From: Tachypleus tridentatus
Lineage: Eukaryota
DNA: 64,000 nucleotides
Assembly (NCBI RefSeq): GCF_004210375.1
Contig: NC_134837.1
Location: 252,617,964-252,681,963, forward strand
Direction: 5' to 3'
Positions 1 to 12,670 of the stretch are shown one piece after another; the stretch's first letter is position 1, and each line of letters begins with the position of its first letter. Under the pieces are notes generated by a model. That model was not told where the DNA came from, did not search any database, and was given only the letters and a program-made list of their open reading frames with translations. The translations under genes and the position numbers were made by a program.

Positions 1-2137
1 ACATTATTATACAAGGTAATAGAATTTAATAAACCCTTGATACAAGGTCTTTTCATGTGGCCAACCTCTTAATGACAGTGTAAATACCAGAGTTTGCATA
101 CTATAACTTTTAATATATTTTGCATGTCTCCACAAAATTTTGCAAGTTTTCATTACACATTACAGCTCTTTTGTACTCAAAAAATCAGATATTTTTAATT
201 CAGTATTTTTACTAAAGATTTGTTTACGAGTACATGGAATTAGTGTTGACTGTTCCAAGTGCAAAGTAATTTTCACGTTAAGATTAAAAATATTTTTCTT
301 CACTTAATACTTTTTATTCACATAACCTATAAAACCATCTTTAAAAAAATATTAAACCTTTTTTTTTTCTTCAGTAAAACTTTTAATTTTATCTGTCATT
401 TACTTTACCCAAACTCTGCATGTACTCAGTTGATTTGACTGACCTTTTAATCAAAATAAAAGAGAACCCAAATTATCCTTTATTTCTCTCTCAAATAACT
501 GCAGATTATAACAAAAAAATACAATTGTTTGTTCTGAATAACTTCAGGCTGGTAACAGTCTACATCTAATTATAATTAACTTCTTTGTTTTACTGCCATT
601 TGAACTGTAACTGATGTTCCCACCATACAAGCTACACAATAATTGGCTTATGTTACTGAATTATATATAATACACAAGCTGTTCACAAACATGTCTTGTG
701 AATAATTTATTTTTTCCATTTTCTTACCTAATCTAACCTAGCAGGTTTCTAATTTTTACATTTTAGTCACCTTTACATCACAAATAAAGAATTACATGAA
801 AAGCAATAAAAATAGTACTTATCTTTAACTTTTTGTTAGTTACAAATGAAATTTGTTTTTACAGTGATAGTACTAGTACACTAAGTAAATTTTGTTACTT
901 AAATGGTTTGCTTAACAGCACAGAATAATAACACAAATAAAACATACAATGTCCTGTAACTACTATAGTTTAACTGGTTTTCAACCCAGGACAAGAGGAG
1001 TTTACATTGATTCCTTTTGCTGCTTGATTTGAAAAGCACAAGATAAACTATCAAACTGAAGTTAATACAAGTAATATTACATACTGAAAATAACACAGCA
1101 TCATACCTCATTCAACAGTTTAAAACTTTGTCTTTCTATTAGTTATAAATAATATAACAATTCTGAGAGAATCACCTGTAATTTAAGAATGAAAGGATGC
1201 AACAGGTGAACATGGTAAGACATTCTGTTTTTCTAGTTTATAAATCTCTAAAGAAATATTATTAAAGGTTATGAACATTAGACTCTGTCTTAGTAATAGT
1301 TATATTATAATAAGTAATGTATATTAACTTCCATACTTCAGAGAGAGGGAATACCCAGAGAACAAACATCACACATTCTCATACTAGGAGAAATCAAGGA
1401 ACTTTTAAATATTTCCTCACAGACATAACTTAAAAATTATATTAAAACTTGATTTATCAACTGTGTTTTGATACCAGGTTTATTTGTATACGTTGCTATT
1501 TAAGTAAATTAATCAAATTTTAAATGTACTGCAGTGAAAAGTCGTGCACTTTGACCTATTCATTGCAAGAAAGTTAGTAATTCCTGGAATACACTCTATT
1601 TAGAAATGCTCTGGAAATAATTCTCTATCAACTGCATTACAACAAGTAAAACATAAGTGAGTAATGCATAATTTATTACAAAATTTGGAAGTTAAATTAT
1701 GAAAGTATTGCTTTATGTTTTAATCGGTACCAGCATTATATTTCCAAGATTATACAATTAGAAATTAAAATTCATTACTATTATGATATTGTTCTACATG
1801 TTCATTTATTCTTGAATACATGAATAAACAAATGAAACTTACGGATTATCTTTTATTGTATGGTTTAGTAAAAGGTTCTCATAACAGCTGTATTATTTTA
1901 AAAATTAAGCAACAGTTTTTAGTTGTGTGTGTGATTCAAATTGAGATAAAAATCATATTTATCTACATCTTAAAAAGAAATACCTCATAATGCTAAAAAG
2001 TACATCCTTATAAACACATTATTTGAAAAGTTGAATTTCCACAACCTTTACAGGAAATTTATCTATTTTATGGTAGATCCAAATATATAAGAAAGTCCTC
2101 TAACCATATTTCTGAAACCAAAAACTATAACATTTAC

Positions 2138-2311
2138 CATAAAAGTTGTCTTTCCACTTCCAGGCTTCCCAGAGATAACAAAAATTCCATCAAAACTTTT
2201 CAGTTCATCAAGACACTGTTTAAATTCTTCTTTCCAGCAAGCTGGGTACCTGAGGTATCTCTCAGCAAAACACTCATGAATAACATCTTCACTTGATTCT
2301 TCTAGTGTATC
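2138..2311 (-). CDS. TEP1: TEP1-like exon carrying the NACHT Walker-A motif: DTLEESSEDVIHECFAERYLRYPACWKEEFKQCLDELKSFDGIFVISGKPGSGKTTFM
   Basis: Acceptor TTTGCTTTAG|GAT, donor ATG|GTAAAT. It contains the P-loop GKPGSGKT and matches human ...HGRLSLVTGQSGQGKTAFL. The gene continues beyond the left end of the window. Confidence 0.85.
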
Positions 2312-3601
2312 CTAAAGCAAAATGAAATAAAACAAAATTTTATAATGGCATGAAAATAGTGGTGTTAATAAAACTGCAACCAAGACGTCACATGGTAAGA
2401 TTAACAATGTCCCCTGTTGTTAAAGAACGTGAAGGTCACATACAGATGAAAACAAAATGATAAGCAATCAAAATGGAAAACTCTTTGATAATCAAATGTG
2501 TATGTTTGCACAATTACAAAAATTAACTTAAACAATCAGTTCTAAATAACATAATTCAATCATCTACAATCAAATTAAGACTTTCAACATTCTTGTCATT
2601 AAATAAACCAATTTTTAAAACATTCTAAGTTAAAAGTATGTTTCTAATATACAAGTTTAAATTTTCTATCAGAAAAGTGTTAATTATATTAGCACAAGTT
2701 AATTACAGGCTCAAATGTGAATGCCTGCAACAAAAAAAAAATTTATTTGACTCAAGATTAAAAACTAAACAAAAAGTAATAGAAAAATCACAATAATCAA
2801 GCATTCACAAAACACTCAAAGAACCCTTATTATAAAAATCAATTTCATGAAATTCTGATTACATTTGGAACACATTCAAAGTTAATTATGTTTTCAACCA
2901 TTTCTTTTTATTTCACCAATGCATGATAATTTACTCCAAGAATGAACTTAGCACATACAGACTGGTGGTTGATGTGATAATGACGTAATTTATGAAAGAG
3001 GTGCTGCTATATATTTGCAAAGACACTGAACTACATGATTCAAAAGTAAAAACAAGAAAATACACAGTCCTCAGAAACTACGTCACTTCAGAAGCATAGT
3101 TTTACAGAGAATCTTTCTCTTTGCAAACAACTGAACCAATATGAACATACAAATTTTGCCACTTTTTTGATACAGTATTGCACCAAAACAATGTTACAGA
3201 ACTACAACATAGTATATCTGATAAGTTCAATACAATAAAAGATGTGCTTTAACTGCTCTGGCTGTCAATTAACAAAAGATGAGAATAACAACCAATTACA
3301 GACTTTATGACAGAAGAAACATGAAAAATTTGCTTTCACATTTATAGTTTACCTTTTCCATTCCTTTGAACCAGCGAAGCATTTTTCTACAAAACAAGCA
3401 TGACAACTGAGACTACAAGTTTGACTTTAAGCATTTTATAAATGACACTAATCAGGAATTTTGTTTTTCTTGTCACCCCTGATTAAACTACTTTACCCAT
3501 CAACAATTACCATACATTATTTAAACATTAAAAGAAGATTTGTAGAGATTCTATCATAAACTGAAATAAAGAAAACATGTTAATACACAAAATTATTTCA
3601 C

Positions 3602-3722
3602 CTTTGGTGAGTAGAATTTTCCCACTGCATTCCACAAGTTATCCAACACCCTCTGTCCAAATTCTTCTAGACTAGCAACTACAGGGAAGTCACCCACAAC
3701 TCCACCCCATCTACATGGGTAA
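3602..3722 (-). CDS. TEP1: TEP1-like exon: (S)YPCRWGGVVGDFPVVASLEEFGQRVLDNLWNAVGKFYSPK
   Basis: Acceptor TTGTTTCACAG|T, donor AAG|GTGAAA. It matches human [38 protein letters not shown]. Confidence 0.85.
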
Positions 3723-3740
3723 CTGTGAAACAATGTAATG

Positions 3741-3790
3741 TTTTGAATTTCACACAAAGCTACATGAGGGCTATTTGCTCTGTGAAACAA
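3741..3790 (-). repeat. Short fragment of the SINE tail (TTTGAATTTCACACAAAGCTACATGAGGGCTATTTGCTCTG)
   Basis: It matches the 3' region of the SINE family and lies just upstream of a TEP1 exon. Confidence 0.5.
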
Positions 3791-3934
3791 TGCATATAGT
3801 AATTAAATATCATTGAATATTCAAATCTTTATGGATTGATATATTTCATCATATATTATTCCAAAGTAATTCTCCTGCTTTCACATATTGTACTTCAAAG
3901 AAAAGAATGCTGTCATACTTAACCCTTTCCCAGT

Positions 3935-4720
3935 ACGTCAGTGTTCAAAGGCCATATCGTGTTTGTCGACTTGCATTCAAAATTTTATTGAACTACTATT
4001 TTATGAATTTATGTCAATAAGTTTGGAATCAAACTGTAGATTATAGTTCAAATTTGATATTATATACGAGTTATTCTCAATTTAAAATTTCACATTAAAA
4101 GAACACATATAAATATAAATTTTAGTGAATCACATGTTATGTTGAATGTAACACTGTTTCAAATTAAATGTTTGTGATGTCATAATAATAAGTCCTATAA
4201 TTTCATACAAATTCAGAAATAAAATTATTAATATTGACAAGCTAGAATATAAAATAAGAATCTCATATCTTTTTACTTTGCTAAAATATTGTTTATGTAT
4301 TAAATCAAACACAATGGCCCTGTTCAACTCTTTCAATTTTTGAAACAGTCCCTTATACAGTACATGACATATGAATAACCAATCAACAGCTTACAGTGTC
4401 CCAAATGTGGGTTTTTCAGCCATTTTAGTCTTTGAAAAGGCCATCACAATCTTTTGTTCCAAATTTTCAAAGAGGTAAGTTGTTTCTTTAGTCCAATCGA
4501 AGTTTCATAATTTTTAAAATCTCAATACATCACTGTTACTCAATTTAATAAATTATAGTGGAATTTTATGGTATCAGTGTAGTTATTTATGGTTTTTTTT
4601 TTTATTTAACTCTATATATAAAACCTATAAAAATTTTGTTTGATATCTTACATATACTAAATTGTAAAAGGCTTAACAACCTATGTCCAGCAAAAACAGA
4701 GTACAAAAGTCACAGCAATC
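3935..4720 (+). repeat. Dispersed interspersed repeat, roughly 750 bp, copy 1 (non-coding)
   Basis: It aligns over its full length, with many identical blocks, to 33262-33955 in the same orientation. Shared blocks include TTTATGAATTTAT(G/A)TCAATAAGTTTGGAAT, AGCTAGAATATAAAATAA and TGGTATCAGTGTAGTTATTTAT. Confidence 0.75.
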
Positions 4721-5125
4721 TTGTTTCAACTGTGATCCACCTTTCATTTTACTTTGCAAGTAACCTGAAATCTAATTTTTTACTTTGTTCTAACACTTTT
4801 GCACACTACTGAAAATAAAACTCAAAACATACAATCTCAGAAGGAAATAACAATTGCAACACAAGGTTTTATTTCTTATAAACTTATTGCATATCTTGTC
4901 AGAGATATGAATTTGTTACATATTATCTGCTTGTCTGTGAATAACAAAAAAAGCAGTATTTATCATAATATTTTAATTATTTTAAATGAAATCAAAGACA
5001 TAAAACAGAAGATAAATATTAAATTGTTGTAAGTAATTTACCTGTATCATTCTTGAAATTAAGAGCTTTCAAATTAGTACAATAACTTATCATCATTATT
5101 AGAGCTAAAATAACAAAAGCCTGAC

Positions 5126-5239
5126 CTATCAAATACTTCAAAACCACTTTTACGGATGTTTGTCTTTAGCTGTGCCATCTTCTCTTTAGAGATTGAATCC
5201 TCAGCTGTGAAATCTTTTTTCCAATTATTTGGTACTGTA
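5126..5239 (-). CDS. TEP1: TEP1-like exon: (S)TVPNNWKKDFTAEDSISKEKMAQLKTNIRKSGFEVFD
   Basis: Acceptor TTTTTTTATTATAG|T, donor AG|GTCAGG. It matches human [34 protein letters not shown]. Phases are consistent on both sides. Confidence 0.75.
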
Positions 5240-6818
5240 CTATAATAAAAAAAATTAATATTTCGAGATATAAATTTTAAAACAAGGTGACCAATAATTA
5301 CAGTAAATAGTATCAGAAATTCCAAGTACACCACGAAACAATTTTGAAGTAACTAAAGTATCTGAAATCAGCGACAATGTTACGGGATGTTCAATAATAA
5401 TTAGCAACAAAAGAGTTTAATTTAAAATTGTTGGGATCTAAGAATGAAAAAAAAAACAAAAAATAAACTAGGGAGCATTTGGAATGGGAGGAAAATAAGC
5501 ATTATTCATTCAACCACTCACAGGGTGGATACATATATAAAAGTTAGGTGGTTGAACTCCCAAGTATTTTACTATAAAACCATTAACTATTACTTTCTGG
5601 ATTTTTTTTTTTCTTTTATGATTAGTATTTATGATTAGTGGTGCCATCTGTTGATTGATATACATATTGAGCTATTTTAAACAATCTGTATCACTGCATA
5701 TATTTTGGGCTGTGACTAACCTATTGTGGATCACTACAGGTTTTAGATTCAACAGGTTATCTCAAGGAATAGTGAAGTGTTTAGGTATAGAGGCTGGAAG
5801 TAGACACTATGGTTTACAAGCTATAACTAATGTAAAGGAAGAAAGAAGAAAAGAAAATGAGAACTGGACTCATCCCAACAAAGACATTGGTGCTTTGCTG
5901 CCTGATAATAAATAATCATAAAGATATAACAACACTGATACTTTAACCCATTGAGTTCCTAAATTCATGCACCTTACAATATCTCAAATAACTGGAAAAT
6001 TAAATACATATTTCTTGATGATGAGAAACTCACTTGTAATAAAAATGTATCTCAGAACAACTGGTATGGGTATTAACAGTTTTATTGATAACTGTTCGAC
6101 TGAAGATGATCTAGGAAGGTTGAAACATTGTCCTCTGCTTTTCAGTAAAAGTATTAATACCTATATCAGATGTTCTAAGATACATTTTTAAATACATATT
6201 TATTATGAGTTAATGATGATAATATGGACAAATAATAGAAAAAGTGCATTCTCACTATGAATGTTTCAGATTTGTATTAATTCAGTTAGCTTTTAGTGCT
6301 GATTTGATCATCTTTTTCAAATTAATTAGTTTAATAGTATCAGAACTACCAACTTGTGTGTATATCTCATACTCAGAAATTAACAGTATCATAAATTAGT
6401 TTTTATTAGTCATTTTGCAATTTTAAAATTATTCAAAATACTTCAAATGTGCATCAAACTTGTCAACAAAAGTAAATTTTTCAAGCCAGTTATACAAGAA
6501 AGATAACTCAGAATCAGAAAAATTGTCTCTCAGGAATTTCTAAGAACAATAAGAATAGAACAGGATAAATCTTTACAGGGGTAGAACCATCAGAATGGTT
6601 AACAAAAAATAACACAAAGCTTTATAAAAAGAAGGTAAGATAAACTTCACTAAAAATTAACAGTATCTCTCTCTATCATTCTACTACTACACAATAACTC
6701 TGTTCTGATATGTCAGGATGCAAAGTTGAAGAACACAAACACACAAAACAAGAATTTCTTTCATTATCATTGTTATATAAATTTAGCATCTTAGTAAAAT
6801 GGATAAAGGAAATTATAC

Positions 6819-7060
6819 CTCTGAAGCTGAGGATCTCTGAAGTAAAAGAAAGCCTTTTCTCTTGCAGCAGTTGGATTAGATAGTGCAGCACAGTATATTT
6901 CTAGTTCTGTAACAGAAGCCCCTTTAGGATACTTTCGAACCCAATCAAATGTTGGATCTTCTGGGACCTTATAGGAACGTGGACACCATCCGTAACGTTC
7001 TCCCAGTATTGCTACAAAAAGTTGACACTGGCTGGCTTCAGATAAGCAGACTCCAAAGAG
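6819..7060 (-). CDS. TEP1: TEP1-like exon, rest of DUF4062-like region: LFGVCLSEASQCQLFVAILGERYGWCPRSYKVPEDPTFDWVRKYPKGASVTELEIYCAALSNPTAAREKAFFYFRDPQLQ
   Basis: Acceptor TTTTTTTCTTGTTGGATAG|CTC, donor AG|GTATAA. 242 nt = 80 codons + 2. It matches human [58 protein letters not shown]...LIYFRD. Confidence 0.85.
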
Positions 7061-7795
7061 CTATCCAACAAGAAAAAAATTTAAATATGTTAAACATAAA
7101 ATGCAAAAAATGCAGCTTCATGAGATATGAAAGTTCATAAAAGTCAAAATAATTTTACAACTGCAAAAGAAAAGTCAGTAAACAGTGAAGTATGCTACTT
7201 CAAAATTTAAATAATAGTAACTATAATTCCTTGAGCACTGTAAAAGTATAACATAAATCAAACTTAACAATTTTGTTCCATTTTTTAGATTTTGTAATTT
7301 TAAAAAGGGAGATTTTTATGCCATATTTATTTATTAATAATTAGTTTCTTCAAAGCTACGAGGGAAAGTGAAAAAACAACTGGAAATAACCTCATTCATG
7401 TTACAAACAATTTAAAAATATGGTTTTCACTAATAAAAACTCAGTTTCTTGAACTAAAATATTACTTTTCCTGACAATTTTGACAGTTGATCTTTTTTTT
7501 AAATATGTTATTCATAAAATTTATATATATTATACATATATATACACATGTAAATAAGAAGAATGACTCCTTTTCACAGTTCCGATAAAATCTCTTTACT
7601 AGAAACATGAGAAACATAATTTCAAAAAAAGAAATTATATCATTAAAAATTATGGTTTTGCTAATAATGGAATTGCTAATAGTTACTCTTCTGTTACGTA
7701 GCTTCATATCTTCAATTAGGCTTAATGTTTTGACAATGTAAAGTGAATTAGGTGACAAATTTAAATATTTTTTACCTTTCTTTTGTGGCCTCAAC

Positions 7796-7952
7796 TTCTG
7801 TGATTCCCCATCGTAGGTCTACTTCATGGATGTTAACAAAAAGTGACTGTGCTCGAGATCGAAGTTCTGGAAAGACATAACGAACCAACAAATCCCTCTC
7901 TCCATGCATGTCTTTGAATGTTGATGAGATGAAAACTTTGACTGTTTTCCAT
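7796..7952 (-). CDS. TEP1: TEP1-like exon, DUF4062-like N-terminal part: (K)[52 protein letters not shown]. The alternative end at 7776 would add VEATKE(R) but breaks the frame.
   Basis: Acceptor CTTCTCTACCAG|A. It matches human [28 protein letters not shown]...IDLRWGVTEEE. The phase-consistent donor is GAA|GTTGAG at 7796. The stronger-looking donor AAAG|GTAAAA at 7776 leaves phase 2, which does not fit the next exon. Confidence 0.75.
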
Positions 7953-8372
7953 CTGGTAGAGAAGCAATAAACTTTAAACATTGCAAACAATACTTGACAA
8001 GAATAAAAGCCAGTAGTTTTACTCATTTGATAAATTTGATTTACATGCATTAACTATACATCCATCAATTTTAGTATTTGTTTCTCTTCTTATTAATTAC
8101 AATTATACAACTTACAGTTCGATAAATATATTTTTAAAAATATTCAGTGGTAATTTTTTGGTAGATTATACATTTTTTGTTCAGCACTAAGTTATACCTT
8201 AAAATATACTATTTGGTGCTATTTGAACTCAGAATATTGTTATGAAATAATTTTGGTACATTAAACACAAGTTAGGCTAAGAATCCCACTACTAATCAAA
8301 TTTCTTTGATACATTACTCAGTTTTGGATGTTATCTTACTTTGGAGTTATGTGTTTTTGAATACTAACTCAC

Positions 8373-8540
8373 TTTGGAATGTATGCTAGATATGGAGTGC
8401 TTAATGTATTAAGTTGTTGTTCAACATGATTCTCAGTTCTTTTCATTAGTGCTGGCTTTGGAAGTGATCTCAGATTGTACTTTTTGTCAATGTTTTCCAC
8501 AAACGTCAGCTGTGATCCATTCCTTCTTTCTGCAACAAAA
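8373..8540 (-). CDS. TEP1: TEP1-like exon: FVAERRNGSQLTFVENIDKKYNLRSLPKPALMKRTENHVEQQLNTLSTPYLAYIP(K)
   Basis: Acceptor TTTTCTTTAG|TTTTG. Only this acceptor restores the frame from the previous exon (CG+T). Donor AA|GTGAGT. It matches human FIAEHGASHLLEHVGQMDKIFKIPPPPGK. Confidence 0.75.
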
Positions 8541-9025
8541 CTAAAGAAAATACAGGTGTAATAGCTTGCATGTAGAAAAATTTGAAGCAAAAACTGAAAA
8601 ATGGAGGATATGTAATAATCTATAACCAACACTAAATCTGTTATATCCAGTGAGGCTTTTTGCCCATTACCAGCAGGGCTAATCAGATGATATTAAAAAA
8701 CACAAAAATTATTAAAACAAAAACATTGATCAGTAATAGAAGTATAAAAAACGTTGCTTGCACATTTGATTTATGAATATATTACGATTTCATAAAACAA
8801 TTTATACAATAAAATATGTTAAGAATGCTTAAAACAATAATTTGGACAAGTGCTAAGTTTAAGTATTAACCATTTTAAATACCATAAAACGTATAACACT
8901 GGTTTTAGTATTAAAATTAGCTTGCTTCAGTCTTGTCTGAAAATGTAGAAAATTAGCAACTGAATGTATTGTTTAAATATGATGCTAGGGCCACTACATA
9001 TAAACACATTTGTTTCAGAGTGAGT

Positions 9026-9745
9026 AAATAATTACTCTATTCTCTGTTTATCAAGTTAATAGTAAATAATTACTCTATTCTTTGTTTATCAAGTTAATAG
9101 CAAATAATTACTCTATTCTCTGTTTATCAAGTTAATAGTAAATAATTACTCTATTCTTTGTTCATCAAGTTAATAATTACTCTATTCTCTGTTTATCAAG
9201 TTAATAGTAAATAATTACTCTATTCTTTGATTATCAAATTAATAGTTAATAATTACTCTACTGCTTGTTTATCAAGTTAATAGTAAATAATTACTCTATT
9301 CTTTGATTATCAAATTAATAGTTAATAATTACTCTACTGTTTGTTTATCAAGTTAATAGTAAATAATTACTCTATTCTTTGATTATCAAATTAATAGTTA
9401 ATAATTACTCTATTCTCTGTTTATCAAGTTAATAGTAAATAATTACTCTATTCTCTGTTTATCAAGTTAATAGTAAATAATTACTCTATTCTTTGATTAT
9501 CAAATTAATAGTTAATAATTACTCTACTGTTTGTTTATCAAGTTAATAGTAAATAATTACTCTATTCTTTGATTATCAAATTAATAGTTAATAATTACTC
9601 TACTGCTTGTTTATCAAGTTAATAGTAAATAATTACTCTATTCTTTGATTATCAAATTAATAGTTAATAATTACTCTACTGCTTGTTTATCAAGTTAATA
9701 GTAAATAATTACTCTATTCCTTGATTATCAAATTAATAGTTACCC
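9026..9745. repeat. Intronic minisatellite: a 38-bp unit (TAAATAATTACTCTATTCTCTGTTTATCAAGTTAATAG) in about 19 copies, organised as an alternating 76-bp higher-order dimer
   Basis: Direct reading shows two variants alternating: ...TTCTTTGATTATCAAATTAATAGTTAATAATTACTCTACTG(C/T)TTGTTTATCAAGTTAATAG. Confidence 0.9.
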
Positions 9746-10619
9746 AATAATCACATATTTGCTATTTTGCAGTGTTAGTTACTACGTTTAATTGGGAAAA
9801 AAGAAAAATATATGACAACATTCATAACAAATGCAACTATAGTACATATGAATAGCCAAATTATATTATGACCTTTATAACCTATTGCTTACTTTGAATA
9901 TGTTAAAAGATGACTTATGATGTAGACATTCAATAAATATTTTTCATAATTAAATTTTACCAAATTTGATCGAGAAGCATTATATTTTTGTACTTACATT
10001 AAAATGTTAGGCTATAAATACACATGTTCAAGGAATACTGTAAATTATAAACTGCTAATAGTTTACCAAATTAGAAATTAAATGAAACTTCTGCTCATAT
10101 TGAACTCAATTGGAAAACTGTTTCTTAATGGTTTGAATTATTGAAGTTTCATTATATGCAAGCTAGTTGTGCTTTCTTTATAAAAGGGTTTAATAAATTC
10201 ACATCTTAAAAGAATGCTACAAAAACATTCACACTAAAAGTACTTGGAAAAGTATAAATATGTTTAAACTAAGTGACTACAAATTATAAGACTTTGAAAG
10301 AAAGTACTATAACATAACTTTTCAAACAGAGGGTCATATAAACTGAATTCCAAGAACAGGGTCATGGCTTTTGACCTCTCTAGTCACAGCTAGGCACAAG
10401 TAAGTGACTGAAAATCAAACTAAGCACGAAAAAAACCTTTGGTATAATCTACTAGAAATAAAGTTATTTGCTCTATGATAACTATCATTAATGTGCAAAG
10501 AAAGGTAAACAGGAGTTCACTGTAAAGACCCTCAAGTCTCTGTGTGCTATTCATTTTAAGGTTGAAGTTTTACAATAATCAAAGTGTATAACCAGGTATG
10601 TCTTTCAGCAGCTGTGTGT

Positions 10620-10740
10620 GTATTTCTTATAGCAGAGCCACATAGGGATATTTGCTGTGTCCACCAAGCAGAATCAAACCCTTGATTTTAGAGTTGTAAA
10701 TCTAAAGATCTACTGCTGTCCCAGCAGGGAACTAGCAGTT
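10620..10740 (-). repeat. Possible tRNA-related SINE fragment of a different family
   Basis: On the minus strand it reads ...GGGACAGCAGTAGATCTTTAGATTTACAACTCTAAAATCAAGGGTTTGATTCTGCTTGGTGGACACAGCAAATATCCC. It contains a B-box-like GGGTTTGATTC. There is only one copy in the window, so this is weak. Confidence 0.25.
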
Positions 10741-10800
10741 ATTGACAATTTATAAAATATCTAATACATCAAGTACTTAAGGAAAATTAATACTACTTAC

Positions 10801-10863
10801 CGAAGTAGTTGGTCACTGAATCCAGAAATGTAAACATCATTTTGATGGGCACTTGGAGTTAGA
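10801..10863 (-). CDS. TEP1: TEP1-like exon: (C)LTPSAHQNDVYISGFSDQLL(R)
   Basis: Acceptor TTCTCTAACAG, donor CG|GTAAGT. It matches human DLNPNDVTLSGCTDAILKF. Confidence 0.65.
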
Positions 10864-11451
10864 CTGTTAGAGAAACAATAGAATTAAATATTTTCAGTAT
10901 TCTATTGTTTAAAATAAAATCTTACAGTTAAACATATAATTATTTTCTTCTGTGAATCTAACCTTCTTACAGCAGATTGTTTTACTAATCCATGAAGGAA
11001 AACATAAAGAAGTAAAAATACAGTACTGAATTTAATTCAGACTCAGAACCTCAAAAGAACAAGTATTTTTTAAGAAATCTTTAACCCTTAAACAGCAGGA
11101 ATGTTGTAGGTAGCAGCAACAATTGCCATTTAAGGGATAATACATGAAAACAATAATAATATTTAAGTAATGTAGGTACTTCTAAGTTACACATTACACT
11201 CTGGCTGATTGTGGAATAGGTTGTCTTGTAAAAGTAAAATCACTCACTCATTGTTTTTATCTTTACATTAAAATTACTGCACAAGAGTTTGGGTGGATTC
11301 ATAACACAAATATACATATCACTTTGTGATTATTATGAACTGATTGTAAATATTTAGTTACAGAAACAAGTTTCCTATTCTTTCACCTCTAAAGTCAAAT
11401 AGAAGTACATTAATAAATAAAAAAAAAGCCGTATGATGAGGTTAAACATAC

Positions 11452-11603
11452 CAAGAATGCGAGGAACCTGTTAAATCAACTTGGACATAAAGAAGATCTG
11501 GGTTTACCAAGTGACGGTACCTATACAAGAATTTCTGAATCACCTTGTGCCCAGAAGTTATTTCAAAATGTTCTCCATTTGTCAAGAAAATAATGTTATC
11601 TAG
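11452..11603 (-). CDS. TEP1: TEP1-like exon: LDNIIFLTNGEHFEITSGHKVIQKFLYRYRHLVNPDLLYVQVDLTGSSHS
   Basis: Acceptor TTTCATACAG|CTA, donor TTG|GTATGT. The outgoing phase 2 joins the next exon correctly (TG+T). It is similar to human VILLGQSMDDGMINVAKQLYWQRV... Confidence 0.6.
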
Positions 11604-11935
11604 CTGTATGAAAGAAAATATAATTAACACAATTTAAATACACATGTAAATACTGCTTAAACAAACACAAGCAAACTTGTTTTGGTACCATGTTGACATT
11701 TCTGCATAGAAAAACTGTACAACTTTCTTTCTGTTAAGCTTCTCAGTCACCTACAAATAACATAAGTTATGAATTTTTCAAAATAGATTTATTCTGGTGA
11801 TAGCAACTACCAAATTATTTTTAACTTGATTTAAACAGCAATAATAGGTATGAACAGCTGAACTTATGTTAGCACAACAGGTCACTATGTGCATAAAGAT
11901 GAGACTTTTTTTTCACAGTTTCATATTCTAGTTCC

Positions 11936-12670
11936 TCAAGTCTGAGTCTAATACCAAGTGTATTAATTACAGGTAAATATTATTTTGTCTTAAAAATGCA
12001 AGTAAGAATTTTAAAATGTGGCCTTTTGAAACAAATTAAGCAGGAAACAATGTAATGTGTTTTCATGCTTTGTTTTTCATAAAAATTTCAGTAAACAGTA
12101 AGTGAATTATTTTTATATTGAGATACAAGAATTGATACTTATTTTAGGAAAGTTATTTGTACGTAATTAGAATGAACAACTCAACTTATAACTTATATAA
12201 AATAATGATGAATCAGTGACATTTAAATTCTACTAGCTTAATATCCCCACACTCTTCTACAGGGTTCAAAGGCCCTCTTCAAGATTTTCAGAGCCTCCAA
12301 TGTACCATTCATTGCTTCTTTGTTGTCCACAATTATTTCTACAGCTACTCTATGTGGACAAACATCTGTACTTGCAAAAAAAAAAGATTATATCCCATCT
12401 GTGGTACACGAGCATTTGTGCCGTGTTATGTCCCATTAGCTTCTGAGTCAGGTATGAAAACAATTTTAGAAACAGTGCTTTTGAGATGCCAGATTTGGGT
12501 ACCTTGAAACTGATGACCTACACCTAAAGCCCCATCATGCCTGGATGACCAAACAGGTTTCCTGCTTAATTTGTTTCAAAAGGCCACATTTTAAAATTCC
12601 TACTTGCATTTTTAAGACAAAATAATATTTACCTGTAATTAATACACTTGGTATTAGACTCAGACTTGTT
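11936..12670. mobile_element. MITE or foldback DNA element with roughly 113-bp terminal inverted repeats (1 mismatch) and a roughly 500-bp non-coding core
   Basis: 11936-12048 (CAAGTCTGAGTCTAATACCAAGTGTATTAATTACAGG...GCAGGAAAC) is the reverse complement of 12556-12670. The core has no ORF. It lies in a TEP1 intron. Confidence 0.8.

Noticed and set aside
1-2137. Further TEP1 exons downstream of the Walker-A exon (NACHT remainder or WD40)
   Set aside because: They are expected biologically. My manual scan of the minus strand in 1-2137 found no convincing ORF with splice signals, so they are left uncalled rather than guessed.
7953-8050. The N-terminal extension of ORF 7772-8050 (MHVNQIYQMSKTTGFYSCQVLFAMFKVYCFSTR) treated as coding
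   Set aside because: A strong acceptor (CTTCTCTACCAG) lies at 7952 and the required entering phase comes from exon 8373-8540. The upstream part of the ORF is intronic read-through.
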